This document shows, piece by piece, positions 28,935 to 43,839 of a stretch of DNA of 64,000 nucleotides. Numbering within the stretch: the stretch's first letter is position 1; the number at the start of each line of letters is the position of its first letter. The notes under the pieces were generated by a model. The model worked only from the letters and a program-made list of their open reading frames with translations. It ran no database searches and had not been told where the DNA came from. Position numbers and translations under genes: made by a program. This DNA is from the human T2T-CHM13v2.0 reference genome, Homo sapiens: NCBI RefSeq assembly GCF_009914755.1, contig NC_060928.1; one strand, written 5' to 3'.

Positions 28935-30773
28935 CACCTTGAGGTAAAGTCCATGGGGCCCAGGCCATTCTTTCTTCCAAGCTAGTACACACTCAGCCTC
29001 CAGCAATTCACTGACATTGCCATTTAAGTATTCCTACCAGTTTATGGCACTAGTGGATTTTACCCCAGGTAGGTAGATCTTGGCTGTGAGTCTCTGGATT
29101 TGTCTCTCTAGATTTTCGAAAGGCAGTTTGCCTTGCAAACTCAGTTCTTTGATGAGTTCAAGAAAAGTTATTGATTTTCTCTTTGCTTGGCTTTTTCTTG
29201 TGGGGATGGGACTGATGACATCCAGGCTCTTTTAAAGTTGGGGCTGAAACTTAAGGTTCATCTTTCATCTTACGTTTTTGATACATATTCCTCTGTTCTA
29301 CTGTTTTTAGCTTTCCTATATCTGACTGCCCTTAGTGTACCTTCTATACTCAATGTACTGCTAAATCTTGTCCTTTTTAGTCCAACCTAAAAGTCTTTCT
29401 CTTGGCTTGTACATTTACATCATTTACATTGATCATAGTTTCTGTGAAAATGTTTTAGGTTCTTTCACGTTATCTTGTATGCTGTGTTTGCTTTATTGCT
29501 TCTTTTCCTGCTTTCTACTCTATTGGTTGCATTTTCTTCTGACTTTAAAGTTATACTTTCATTTTTTTTTCTTCTGGAGGTTACACCAGGCCAATTAGGG
29601 CTCATAACTAAATTTATTTTTCTTTATTAATTTTTAAGTTTCTATAGCCTATCTTCCTTCTGAATTAAAGAAGTATTTTTGCACACCTTTAACCCTCAGC
29701 CACCTCTGGCTTACCATGACCACCTTCTACCCACCATCCCCTCGGTATTATGTGTTGGTATTCTCCAGGATTAAGTTCAGACTCGAGAGCCTCAAACCCT
29801 CCTGGTTGCCATTTTATCAGGTACTACAAATCTTTGCTGTAACATTGTGTGGGTCAAAACTCCAATTTCTATTCCATGTGTCAGTTGATAGGGGAAACAA
29901 TGATGCCTTTTGTATATTTGGAGTTCAAATCATATCATTTTGTGCAGGAAGTGGCCTTAGAGCTGATTTTGAATAGTAGTCCCTATTTATTATAGTAGAT
30001 AAAGAATCATCCTCTCTGGTGCTCTAAGCGGGTTATTCCCATTATGCCCATGGTATGGAAAGGGAATACAGTTCATTAGAAAGCTTAGCTGCTCTACATA
30101 GTGTACCTTGAATGACTCCCATCTCCAAATGAGCCTCCAGAAAATTTCAGCTAAAAGGCAAATGTCATTTTAAGTGTAATAAGTGGCCGTCGATTTAATC
30201 AATTCCATACTTTTCACAGAAATAAAATTAGAATCAGCATAACATAGGTCCAGGTAATGTAGAGTGTTAGAAGCAGAGCATGTAGAGTGTTAGAAACAGA
30301 GTACATCCTGAGCTCTCTGATTGTGCTTGCAGTGCCCAGTCCCTGGAACCATAATAAACTGAGTTAGATTCTATTTTGTGTGGGAGCATATGAGGAAATA
30401 GCTACATTTGAGTATGTGAGAATTCCATATTACAATACAATGCTGTGTTAGACAGAGAAAGTAATTTTCATTATAAGCCTTTCCTTTCAGCCATTCAAAG
30501 CCTTCCAAAATAATCTGCTTTAGATTTAAATTATCCATGCTTGAAAAATGCATGGTTGAAGCCCAGAGGTAATTTTATTTTGAAAAATTTGGGCAGACTC
30601 TTTTCAGATACATCAGATTAGTGAAAAGTTAAAGAAGAAAAGAATGTGGAAAACTCATAGACTTTTTAAGCTTTCATTTAACCCTCAACCTGCTGAACTG
30701 GTGACTTAATTTAGTTCAAATTAAACTCCTTATTTTGTTGGGAAAACATATAAAATAGTTGAATAATCTAAAT

Positions 30774-30995
30774 CAGGAGTTTCCAATCTTTTGACTTCCC
30801 TAGGCTACATTGGAAGAAGAAGAAATGTCTTGGGCCACACATAAAATACACTAAGACTAATGGTAGCTGCTGAGCTAAAAAAAAAATAGCAAAAATCTCA
30901 TAATGTTTTAAGAAAGTTTATGAATTTGTGTTGGGCTGCATTTAAAGTTATCCTGGGCCACATATGGCCTGCGGGCAGTGAGTTGGACAAGCTTG
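30774..30995. mobile_element. MER30 hAT DNA transposon with 8-bp TSD
   Basis: caggagtttccaatcttttgacttccctagg...gagttggacaagcttg; flanked by atctaaat (30766-30773) and atctaaac (30996-31003). Confidence 0.9.
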
Positions 30996-31284
30996 ATCTA
31001 AACATTTTTGGCCAGTGAATTTTAATTTTTTTAATGGAAATCACCAATAAGCATCATGGCCCCGATTTTTATTGTTTCAGGTAGCATCATTTTTTCTTTT
31101 AAAATCGCACAAATACATACAAAAACATAACCACACTCAGATAATTTAATTTCAATGGAAAGTTCAAACTTATCTTTAAATAGATCATTTGAACACTGTA
31201 AAGTCAGGAGTTTCCAAATTTAAGGCTCTTTTGTAAAATTGAACACAATTTAAATATTTCTTGCTATTTCTTTCTTCTTGCTAA

Positions 31285-31700
31285 ATATTAGGCATTTTTG
31301 TTTTGGTTGAAAGGAATAGAGAACCACTCTAACAAAGCAGGCAATAGGGGCTTATTGGAAAGATAGAGGTTTTCTGGAACTAGAAGAGGAAACTCATTGA
31401 GCAGGAAAAGTTCTGAACTGCTTTTTCTTAATCTCACTCGTGGAATCTTAGCTTTTCTCTGGGTGTCTGTTTTGGCTTTCTTCCTTCTAGAAGATTTCTT
31501 CCATTTCTTTAAAGCTTCTACTCCCTCCTGACTTCAATGTCATTGCAGTGTCTCCCTACATGTCAAGACTTCATCTTCAGAGTATCTTTATGCAACAGAA
31601 ACCACCCACCCATAGGTTGCGGTGATGTCTACCTTGATGCACCTGGTCTCACATAGGTGCCTGTGAGGTCACGTAGTACAAGCCATGGCTCCCTTGGCTT
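31285..31700 (-). mobile_element. Possible old MLT1-type LTR relic
   Basis: attaggcatttttgttttggttgaaaggaatagagaaccactc...cttattggaaagata resembles the antisense end of old MaLR LTRs; very degraded. Confidence 0.35.
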
Positions 31701-32689
31701 AAGGAGCTGATGGAGGCTATACAGAGCTCCTTATGTCTCTAGTACAAATATGCACTTTAGATACTTAGATATTTAACTAGGGATAAGAAGTGGATATATA
31801 TACACATTACCACTTTCTAAAGGTATTTACTGTAAATCCCTTAGCTGGATCTTATTATTATAATATATTTATGCAATCCAGTCACAGAATATGGATCTCA
31901 ATGTATACAGTTGCTTCACATCACCACACCTAAGGAGGTTTCATTTACAGTTTTAATGAGGGGTGTGAAGAATCCGTGGTTAAAAAAGAGAGAGAGAGAA
32001 TCAAGGAACTCCACTTATCAAATGCTTGTTGTAGTTGATCAAGGCATGTATAGAAATGTAGAAATATTTGGTGAGTCTTATTTTCCTTGGGATTTCCTCC
32101 ACCTAGCTAATTATTTTCAGTTGCCTAGATTGGAATCCCTAGCAAAAGACAACCTAAACACTGAGCTTGACCCTGGTGCTGTTGTGGACTTTCACTGGAA
32201 CTCATGGACCCTCTTGTTCCAAACAGGCTGTAGAAAATTAATGAAAAGGGAAAAGAAGATCTTGTCCTTGACATTCTGTACCTTCAAGGGAACAGGGATG
32301 CAGGGAAGCAGGGCAAGAGGGAAGATACTGCTAGAGGCCCAGCTACTTTTGGAGTAGGGTTCTAATGATGGAACAGTGAAGGTCAGGGACCCAAACCATC
32401 AAGTCTTCGTCTTCCTGCTTTGAAGTTCCCACAGTCTGCCTAATTCACCTAGTGGTTCATGTGAAAACTGTAATACTATGGTTTGAAAAGCTCCATTAAA
32501 ACGCTAATTTTATATTGACGTGAATGCATCTGGTATTTGTACATCTTCTGCAATAGCAGAGGCTTTGGGCTGAGCACATTTCTAGACAGCAGAAAGATTG
32601 ACTGTAGCATATGGGGAAAACCCTGGAACAGGCATCAAAGCATCGGAACCTGGATTGGTCCTGATGAGTTGTTTGATGGTCCCTTAAGA

Positions 32690-33190
32690 GACTGGGTTCT
32701 TTGAGAAATTTAGATGCCTCTTTTTTTTTTTTTTAAACAGTAGAACACTCTCCTTACGTTTTTTTTTTTTTTCCCAAATGAAATCATAAGTAGAAACCTA
32801 ATATATATAAGATTTAATGCTGAGTTGGGACAGCCATTAAGCTCTCTTCTCCAGCAGTCCCTAAGCCACTTCTGCAGAGCCCCAGGACACAGAAAGTAGC
32901 TTGGGAATGATTAGATAATCTCAGTGGTTCTTGGACTGTGCCCCCAGAGACTGATTCAGCAGCACTGGGCAATGCCCAGGAATCTGAATTTTAAACTTCC
33001 CCTCACCCACTGAGTGATTCTGGTGTAGGCCTTGATGATTTAGTCATTTCTCAGAGTCTCTTAGTCTAAGTTGCTTTAGCTTTCTGAAATTTCATTGTAC
33101 TCATCTGCAGACATGATTAAAATATCCTACTTCAAAGGTTTTTAAATAAGATCAGATGAGATAATGTATACAAAATTGTGACTTTTAAAA
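32690..33190. mobile_element. Cluster of hAT/MER5-like fragments and a MIR
   Basis: caaatgaaatcataagtagaaacc...; ccagagactgattcagc...ggaatctgaattttaaac (MER5-like); ctcatctgcag...atatcctacttcaaagg...gatcagatgagataatgtata (MIR). Confidence 0.5.
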
Positions 33191-35561
33191 TGACATCTGT
33201 TGAAAGATGATCTAAATACCTGACAGACTATAGAATACTGCACTGTTCTAAAAATAGCTTCCTGTTAAAATGCAGTCCAGAGAGTGTAAAAATGTCTTTA
33301 GCTACCAAACTTCTATGTTAAGATCTTCTAGAAAGAAGAACTCTTAATTTGGGTATTTTTCTTCTAACAAGAGGAAAGCAGTACACATGCAATCTGATTA
33401 AAGTAATATAGCTTTTAAAAGAATAGTACTTATTTTTACAAGAGTTCTTTTAGGAGTGTTATATATGACAGGGATAAAAAGGAGAATTTCTCTATTAGAT
33501 ATATACTCATCCAGCAACAGATCTCCAATTTGACAAGAGATTGAGGATCTGCTGCTAATTTTCATGGGATATAAAGAACATTGTCTCTTTTGGGTAAAAG
33601 ACAGACTTGTACATATTTGAAGTTCAGTTCTAGAGTATGTTATGTTCACTTTGATGCTCAAAGCACTTGTTCATTTCAACATTCTCTGAACTTTATTTCC
33701 TCATGTATGAAATAAGCAGTCAGATGATTTCTATGTCTCTCTATAAGCATAAGATTTTGCAGTTTGTAAACAGCGCTCAACAGGGGATATGTTACCTCCA
33801 AACACCCATGCAGTCAGGAAGAAGGTGAAGCTATTGCTTGATTAAGTCATGTTAAATTTCATTTTGGCATCACCAGTATTTTCTGATGATTCTGTAGGAT
33901 TTCCTGATTTAATATATTTACTATTAATTAGCCTACAATTGGAAGATACTCTAAGTCATTAGTCCCAAACCAGGCTTATCCCTGACCTACTGAAGAACAG
34001 AACTCTCTTGATTAGCCAGGTTTGAAAACCATTGCACAAGAGAACCATTTTTTGAAAAATTAACTTTTCCTGATGTGATATAATTAATCCTAATCAGTTG
34101 ATTACTCTCATCTCTATGGACAGTGAGTTTGTTTTAATAGATGTGCTGTATCCACTGTGTGTGTGTCTGGTTTTTCAAAGGCATATGCACTGTTTGTAAT
34201 AGTTTTAATAACTGTTCACAGGTGGGCAAAATACAATATATCTTGTATATCTTGTAAAGCAAAATACAATGTATCTTGCTGCAACATATACAACATGTCA
34301 CTTGCTGCTCTAGCAGTCTGAACTTTCATCACATAATCATGCCAACTTTATCTTTCCAATAATAATTTCCTTTTGACTTTTTTAAAATAAATGCTTTTTT
34401 ATGATGTTATAGTTATGGGGAATTGAATGTTAAATTGAAGTATACAAATGAGTAAGGTCATATTCTACCCCAAGATAGAATCAGATGAAAATCCTGGCCT
34501 AACGGGCTTACACAGATGCAAACATGTGTTTCTATACATCTCCCTATGGAAGCCACATGATAGGCACTGAGGGGCTCAGTTATTCCCCTCAATTCTAGAA
34601 TTTCTTTTGTGGATGAAGGGGAAAAATTTTAACGGAAGTGAAATAGAAAAATGTGGAGGATAATAAGCTGCTATTGAAATAATTTATTATATTATAAATA
34701 ACAGCCCCTTTTAAGCCCCGGCACTTGAAAAAAGACTGACATAGGGCTTTTCAGTGAATAATTTTTAAAAATTGCCTTTGGATAGCTTCAACATTTCCTC
34801 CTACAGCCTGGACATCTTCCTTGCACCTGTGCTTTTGAATGTTTCTCACAACTGGCTTAGAAAACGTTTGTATTGGTTGTGAGACCGCCGGTAGCCTTAA
34901 TTTTTACTTCATTATGTTCTTCTGAACTTTGTTTTGATGGCAACCAATGTCCAAGCTCTGTTATTCTGAATCCCGTGCAAGCATATACAATATGCACTCT
35001 GATGATTTGGGTCCAAGCAATGCTAAGCTATAATAAGACTTCCTATCTGTTATCACAGGTAAAGGAAAAGCTTCAATCTGAAAATTTGAAATAGCTCTTT
35101 TCATAGCTAATTATCTTAGGGATGATGTTAGCATAAACAGAAACCCACTAAAACTAGCTTGAATAGATGGCGTGCATCTCATGATCTTTCTCTGGGAGCT
35201 AGAAAGTCTGATTTTTCCTTGTTTCCCCTCTCCTTGTCATTATAGGCAGAATGTCTTCAGTTAGTCTCCTTGGCTGCCATTCCCTAGGAGAGAGACTCTG
35301 ATTGGCTCAGGTGTCATGTAATCAAGTCACCCTTCCTAGGGCTGGGGGTTGGTGGGGAGAAGAGTATAAGAAATGACGTGGAGGCTGGGGAGAAGTGACT
35401 GGTAGTTTGAGTAAATGACTCTTACTACTTTGCGAATTTGGGCCTTAATATCTATTCTGTGCTTGTCTTCTTTTTCCTAATGTACTGCCAAAGTTAAAGC
35501 ATTTTAAAAATCAGATTAGCTAGCCTCGAGAGGCCTTATTCTTATATTTATTATTTGTGTG

Positions 35562-36044
35562 TGTGATGGCATGCTAGTCTTGGGACAGATGGCCCCAATC
35601 CTTTCCCTTGCCTTATCCTACTCTGGTCTGCATCGCAGGGGCAGTCGATGCTGGATGCCCATTGTCCAGCCTCCGATGATAGCATGGTTCACTAATAAAC
35701 AGCACCTATGAGAGACTAAAATGTGGATGGAGTGGAGAAACATGGTGCTTCTTTCATCTTGCGCTTCCTCAGATGTTACCTAGTTTGGTGTCAGTGCCTT
35801 GTCTGTGGCTATAGTTCCAGCTTTCTCTATGGCCCAAGTGCCTGGCTTTTATAACATGTCTTCCTCTCTTTGTCTTTTCAGCTTAGGGAAGTAGCAGCTT
35901 CCTCCTATCCTAGTTGGCCTGTCTGTATCTATTTGATTTCTCATCTTCCCCCTTACCTATGTAGACAATTCTTGATATTAAATTTTCTCTGGTTTAAATA
36001 CTTGCAGTGGTTTATATTTTCCTGTTCAGACCAAGATTGAGACA
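35562..36044 (+). mobile_element. ERVL solo LTR (LTR33-like)
   Basis: Ends attaaattttctctggtttaaatacttgcagtggtttatattttcctgttcagaccaagattgagaca; internal tcagcttagggaagtagcagcttcc. Confidence 0.65.
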
Positions 36045-36149
36045 GATTGACAGATTATTATCAGTTTCAGACAGTGTTTGGACAGTGTGATGTAATAGTA
36101 TATAATTGATTCTATTTGTCTCTTGTATTTTTTTTAATTAATGAAGTTC

Positions 36150-37305
<1,156 letters not shown>

Positions 37306-37769
37306 TCATTTTTCCACTACTGATGATAACCCAACCTTTTTCTTTTCTGGTGGTGAAAAGATTAGATCAGTGGCTCCATCATGACTATTTGTAAATATGT
37401 TTTATTAATCATTACTATTTCTTAGGTCCTTGTCTGTTTTGAAAGAACCTGGTACCTGATTGCTTCTTTTGGTTCCCATTGCTCTTTGGAGTCATTGTTA
37501 TTCTTTTATTTTGTTTTTTAATTGTAGTAAAACCAGGAATCAAGGATGCTGTGTGTGTGCTTTCATGCATGCTTGTGTATGCAATGCGCACCTAAGTGTG
37601 CATACATGAGGCAGGTGTAGAAAAATATTTCTTATATTTTCTACAAGTCGTTTTTTACTATGGCGGCCGATAACTCACAAAAGAGGAAACGGGATTATGT
37701 TTTTCACTATTATTTTAGACAGTGTTTCAGGACTTAGCCTATTTTTGCAGTGTCTTTCATGTCTACTCC

Positions 37770-38710
37770 CAATGCTGCAACCTTAGCTCAAGCCTTGATC
37801 TCTCACTTGGTTCATTCCAATATCCTCCTGTCTGGTCCTCTTGCCTGCATGCTCTCATTCATTCACTGCATGAACAAAACATCACAATCTATTGTGTGTC
37901 AACATTGTGCTTAGAAGCAAGGATACACAGGCCAGTGAGGTACTGGTCTGCCATCAAGGAACTTACAGTCTAATAGAAGGAAGAATTAGGTAAATACATG
38001 ATTACAACAGAGTTTGGTAGGTTAAGCAAGAAAGATATCACACAACAAACCATCTACTTATTTGTGTATACCCCCATGTAATTGGTTTTGGATGGGAGAC
38101 TGCTTACTATACCAATAATTCCCACAAACAATGGTGAGGACCTTAACTAATTCATAGGCAAAGATTTTAAAATCACTTGGTAGACTAAGCTTCGTAAAGC
38201 ACAGTGCAGATCATGGCTGTTAAAATCCTTCAGTGGGTTTGCATTTACCATTAAACTACAGCCAAATGCCTTAGCTTGAAAATTAAGGTCATTCATGTCT
38301 TGACCTTTACCTCCCCCTCCAGCCTTGTCTTATTGTACTCCTGCAAATATATTGTACATCCTTGTTAGACCAGAATATTCACTGTTCCCCCACGCAGGCT
38401 TCATGTCCCTTCTCTGCTCATGCAACTCTGACTATAAAATTTTCTCCTGCTGTCAAAAATCTTACCCATCTTTCCAGTTCAAATAGCAGTATATCTGTTA
38501 TTGAGATATTGAGAGATCTCTGGATACATACAATCTCCTGCTTGCTTCAGCCCTGCTAGCTATATACTTCTCCTTTTATGTTTTACCAGAAGTTGATTAT
38601 TTCCATAATGCACATACTTGGATAGTCTTTTTAATAGAAGTTTCTTGAAAATTTTTCCTTAGGGCTGTGGACATAACATGACATATTTATTCAGTGAGTG
38701 AAAGGATGAG
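37770..38710. mobile_element. L2 fragments in both orientations
   Basis: cattcattcact...tctattgtgtgtcaacattgtgc (antisense 3' end); taaaatccttcagtgg... and atatttattcagtgagtgaa (sense). Confidence 0.5.
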
Positions 38711-40054
38711 TTCTCCCTCTCTGTGAATGCCAGCTAGGTCTTAAGATTTGTAGTTGAGAAGATATAATTCCCAGGGAAGCATAAATCTCACTGTCCTTCC
38801 AACCAAAAGACCCAGATTTAACTACGGAATAATAAAAAAACTCTCTGTTGTACAAAAAGGATCAAGTCACTGTTTCGAATATTGCTTGTTCTTCCCACAG
38901 GTTTCCATTAAGGTTGTATATTACACTCTATAAATATCCTGACCTACAATTGAGTGATAGTTGTTTTCCCCCTCTTAGGGTTCTATCTTGTGTCTAGAGA
39001 TTCTTGGGATTATGAGGAGACAAGTCAGAAGTCTTCTTTTTTAAGGGGAAAGAAAAGAGGGCTCCCTCTCTGGGAGCTTCTGTGGGAAGGAAGCAGGGAA
39101 AATGTGGAGTCACCACTTGGAAATGGCAAAAACAGACACCCACCCACCATACCTGTGTGATCATACAACTGACAAAACTGTTCCTATGGTCTCCCCAAAT
39201 CAACCTGGGATTGATACGGGGCTGTTATTCACCACTGTTTTTGTGCCTGGCAAAGTACTAGACACTTTTACACGTATTATTGCTTTGGAAAAAACAAGCT
39301 ACCAAATTTGTCAGCAAGGAGATGGCTTGATGAGAGTAGCTTTGGGGAGAGGTGGTTAATATATGGCTGAGTACACAGAAGGGACCCTGCAGTGAAGGCC
39401 ATGTTTGAGATAGTAGGTAACAGGGAGACCCAGAAGAGGGAAAGAAAACAAATAAAAGCAATGCTTCAGGAAAATATTCATGGCAGTGTTTCCTTCCATG
39501 CAGGGAAGTTGACAGGAGAGGCCAACCTTAGCAAAGAGGACCTGTACTTGGGATGATCTCAAACATTCTTGGACCCCCCACCCCCAGCACATTGCTCTCT
39601 GGAGCATGTTATGGCTTTTGCTGTGTCTGGATTTTTGCATGCTTCACCTTTCCAGTTTGGAGCTCCAGTCAGCTCTGAAGGTAGAGATGAAAGCATCGGA
39701 AACACAGGTGTGGCAGGTGACCCACGGGAGGCAATATGGTTAAGACAGGAGATGCAAGGATCGAGGACTAGAACTTGGGAAGAGTTGTAAAGAGACAAGA
39801 GAGATAGGAGTCAAAGAATCAAAGGGATTTGTGAAAAGTTTGAGAGAGAAACACTGAATCAGTCTACTGTAGTTGCAGCAAAATCAAGTGAGTTTTAAGA
39901 AGAATGGTCTTTGGAGTCAAAGGCAGTGGAGCCTGTTAAGAATCTAGGAAGCCTAAACTGCAGCCCTGGTTAAAATGGATTACCCTCTCATCTCTGCTCA
40001 CGTTGTACAGCTACCACTTTTGGAAGGATCAAATATATAATTGGCACCATAACC

Positions 40055-40250
40055 TCCCTTACACATATTATCTATTTAAGTCATTACAGCAGGTTTATGA
40101 AACAGATATTGTCATCACCAGTTATTTATTTATTGCAGATGAGGAAGCTCTACTCAGTATAAATAACTTGCCCAAGTTTGCATGGCTAGTAGAGCTGGGA
40201 TTAAAACCCGGATATGTTTGTTTCCAAAGTCTGAGTTTTTAGTGCTGGTA
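40055..40250 (-). mobile_element. MIR
   Basis: ttattgcagatgaggaagc...aataacttgcccaagtttgcatggctagtagagctgggattaaaacccgg. Confidence 0.75.
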
Positions 40251-41499
40251 TTATTTTATGCTACTTGATTGCGTGTATGTGTCTTCCCCACATCCCCTCC
40301 AAAAAAGCTGACCCTTTTTCTATGGTTTCTTTGGTCTTTATTACTTTGTGCATATAGTAGGTGTGTGATGCAGATAAACTGAAAGAGTGAAAGGAGAAGT
40401 GGAATGAAAAAAAGAGAACATCCAGCGGATGATAGAGAACTAATTGCTACCTTCTCAAGTCCAATTGCAAAAAAAGCTACCTCTAACCTAAGCTTGGTTT
40501 ACTATTCCCTCTCTCCCAGGTGGTCTGTAGGCAGCTCCAGATCTCCATGTCTACTTATCTGACTGTTCTAAGAACTATGCTGTAGCTACCCCATGACCAT
40601 AATTATTAAGTGTAACATTCTAAATCTGTAGTAATTTTTGACTCACTGGCCCTTCCCATTTCCTGAACGTGCTAGCTGTGTAACAAAACTTCTATTTGCA
40701 CAGTTTTCTATAGTTTTCCAAATGCACTGTGGGTTGATTTTGGTAAAAAGAACACTGAAGGAGTGTTGAGTGAAATGGGAGTATTTTGCTCACTCTAAAT
40801 ATAATATTTGATTTATCCCTCCCTGTCATCTGAAAAAGAGACTACCTACAGACTAAAAATACAGTAGAAAATAACTGCAGATCCTCAGATAAATATAATA
40901 TGCAAAATGACTGAATAGTCAACTTTGTTTACAGACACTCCTGTGCACATCAGACAGATTTTCTCCTAGGTGAGTGAATGTTCAGGGACATGTGAAATAC
41001 GGGTGGTGGATAGCGTTGTATTAAAATAAAAAGGACCGCATACAATAAAAGTTTAGAGTTTGAATGAGCCACAAGGATCACTGTATTCACATTGCCTCTC
41101 ACAGATGAGGAAATGAAGATTAGCTAACTGGCCTTAAAGTCACAAAACTAAGAAGGAAGGGAGTCCATCTAGGCTCTTTCCATCCTATTCTCTGGTTACT
41201 GCAGCAAACTGCCACCCAAAACCTTTGCAATCCTCCCCCTCTAACTCTCCTGAAACCAAATACTGAGCTTTTCAAATGTTTCTAATCGTGGGTCTAGGAA
41301 ATTTATTTTGAGATATTCATGCCAGTATCCATTTCTTGAGGCATATATAATAGAATAACTGGAAGGATAAAGAAAATGATTTCGGAGCTGAGTTGATTCA
41401 TGGACTGAAGACATGTCTTGAGTGTGCCAGGCACTGTGCTGCGTGGGCAAGACCTAGGGGCTACCATGATGAGCCAGATATGGGCCCGGAACTTTAGGG

Positions 41500-41690
41500 C
41501 TTTAAGAATAGTGAAACTGGCTTCTTGTTCTGCCACTCAAGAACTAGACCTTGGGTTAGTTACCTAACTATTTTAGAGCCTCAATTTCTCCATCTATAAT
41601 ATGGGGATAATAATAACTCACAGAATTATTGCAAAAAGGTATACACAAAAATCCTAGTACACAGGAGCTCAGTGTATGGTAGCTGGTATT
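41500..41690 (+). mobile_element. MIR
   Basis: gaccttgggttagttacctaac...gagcctcaatttctccatctataatatggggataataata. Confidence 0.75.
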
Positions 41691-42559
41691 AGTCACTTCA
41701 TTTTATAGGCTAGGAAAATGTGAAACTGGGATCCAGAACAGCCGAGCCATGTGCTGAGGTCCACTCAGGGGTCGGCAATGTGACTTGCCTACTGGTCCTT
41801 ATTTAGCTGGCTGGGACTCTCTTCCCATGCTCAAGGATGTACCCTTCACTTAAATTTTGTTGAATAATGTCTTGTGTAGTAGCTGCTCTTTGTATTAATT
41901 TTTACATTGCAGTCTCTTGGAATGTGGAAGCAGATGAGTGAATGATCTAGCAGGTGTCAAGGGGAAAAAACCCCTGGAATTCTCAAATTGAATTCTTCAT
42001 CTCTTACAATTGAAGGAACTTCAGAGGCCATTTAATGTATCCTCCACATTTGGTTATAAAAATAAAGTCTTTGCACTGGCTTTCCTAAAAGCTATCTGTT
42101 AATTTTAAAGGATGCTTATTATCATGGAATCATTTTATTAAAGCACACTCATGGTTATAGAGCTTGCCATTTTATAAGTTATGCATTTTAGAAACTATTC
42201 AATACTGGGTCCCTTTCGGACTGGCATGGTGGGTTTACTATTGTGCAAAGGAAAGGAAGGTGAAGAGGCAAATTGGTGCCCATTCAGTATATTCACATTA
42301 TTTCAGAGAGATTTAAATTTAAGGGCAAATGAAATTTTAATAAGTACTCATATTTTTTGTTATCTATACAAAGCTTCATTTTAAGAAAAAAATAAAGTCT
42401 GTTACCTCTTTCAGGGCAGAGTTTTAGTGTGCTCGCTCTCGACCAAGGCTAGGAAGAGTTTTCCTCTTCATTGAAGTTCCACCTCTTGTCTGTTTTTTCA
42501 TCCTCATTAGCCATATTTTCCCTGGGGTTTCTCCTCCCTCAGGATCACTGCGGAGATTG

Positions 42560-42900
42560 TGGCAAATGTAGAGCCCTAGGCTCATCCAGATCAACTGAAT
42601 CTGATCTTCTGGGGCTAGGGTGGGGTGGTTTTGGGAGAATCCACAATTTAAACAAGTTCTCCAGGTGACTTTTCCCTATAATAAAGTTTGGGAACAACTA
42701 CAGGTGTGTCTGTTTATTGTCTCCCTCTGGTCTTTGCTTTAAACTAGCAGTTCTCAAAGCTGGTTGCATGTACAAACCACCTGGGGAGGCTTGAAAAAAT
42801 ACTGATGCCTAGTGATCCTGAAACAATTGGTCTGGGATGGAGCACAGCCATCAGCATTTCCTCTAAGTGATTTTCATTTGAAGCCAGAGTTGAAGACCAA
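42560..42900. mobile_element. Two MER5A/MER5B-type relics
   Basis: aactgaatctgatcttctgggg...tttaaacaagttctccaggtga; cagttctcaaagctggttgcatg...accacctggggaggcttg...gccagagttgaagacca. Confidence 0.65.
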
Positions 42901-43489
42901 GACAATCCTTCAAGGATCCCTGCCTGATGTTCTCAATGCATCCTCCCTCTGTCCCTGTATTCTGCCCCTGTTCTATCACTTTCTAATTTGCTACTTCCTT
43001 TACTTGCATTGTACATCTTTAATTCCTGACAGATGGGATTCATAGACCATTTGGCATATTAAAAGGGATAGTGTAAAGCACAAAAACAGGAAGTAAGTCA
43101 GAATTTAACGTCCGTATTCCTTGCTTGTAACATCCAGGAAGGTGTGTTCTAGTCACCATCCTATAATTCAAATGATGCCCTTTGCACCTGGCTCTGTGAT
43201 TCTGATTATAGAAGTGACACACCTTAAAGATAAAACAAGAGAAAATGAGTGATCCTATTGCTGCTGATGTTTCAGTTTACTATTATAACATTGGAAAGGG
43301 TCCTGGGACACATATTACCATACCATTTCTTATATCTCTTGTTACTTTGGGGGATTCAGGTTGAAGATTGGAGTTGACCCATTTCCTTCATTTTGTGACA
43401 AGTGGAGACTTTTCTCCTCTTTTGGATTTTAGTGATTGTTGTTTCATTCATTATCTTCACTTAATAAATAATTATTGGGCACTTCTGCA

Positions 43490-43832
43490 AGGAAAATGCA
43501 TGACCACATGCAACAATATGAATGAATCTTGCTGACCTAATGTTGAACAAAATAATTCAGACACAAAAGCAAATTGTACTATATGATTTTTGTAAAGTAA
43601 AAGGAAATACAATTAATGTATGCTGTTATAAATCAGGATTGTGATTATCCATGGTGGTGTATTGCCTGGAAGGGACACATGAGGGGATTTCTGGGGTATA
43701 AGCAATGTTCTGTTTCCTAATATGGGTCCTAGATACAGAGTGTATTCAATTTGTAAGAATGGATTGACTTATTTTCTTATGATTTGGGCATGTTTTGTAG
43801 CTATTCTATATTCCAATACAAGTTTAAAAACT
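43490..43832 (+). mobile_element. L1ME 3' end inserted into an L2
   Basis: catgcaacaatatgaatgaatctt...aatgttgaac...gaagggacacatgaggggatttctgggg...aatgttctgtttcc. Confidence 0.75.
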
Positions 43833-43839
43833 AAATAAA

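Noticed and set aside
31911-32357. Longest ORFs (148 aa here, 147 aa at 53610-54053, 132 aa at 4420-4818, 131 aa at 52497-52892)
   Set aside because: No recognisable domain or supporting exon structure; lengths are compatible with chance.
42429-42437. gtgctcgct, the first nine bases of U6 snRNA
   Set aside because: The match does not extend; chance.
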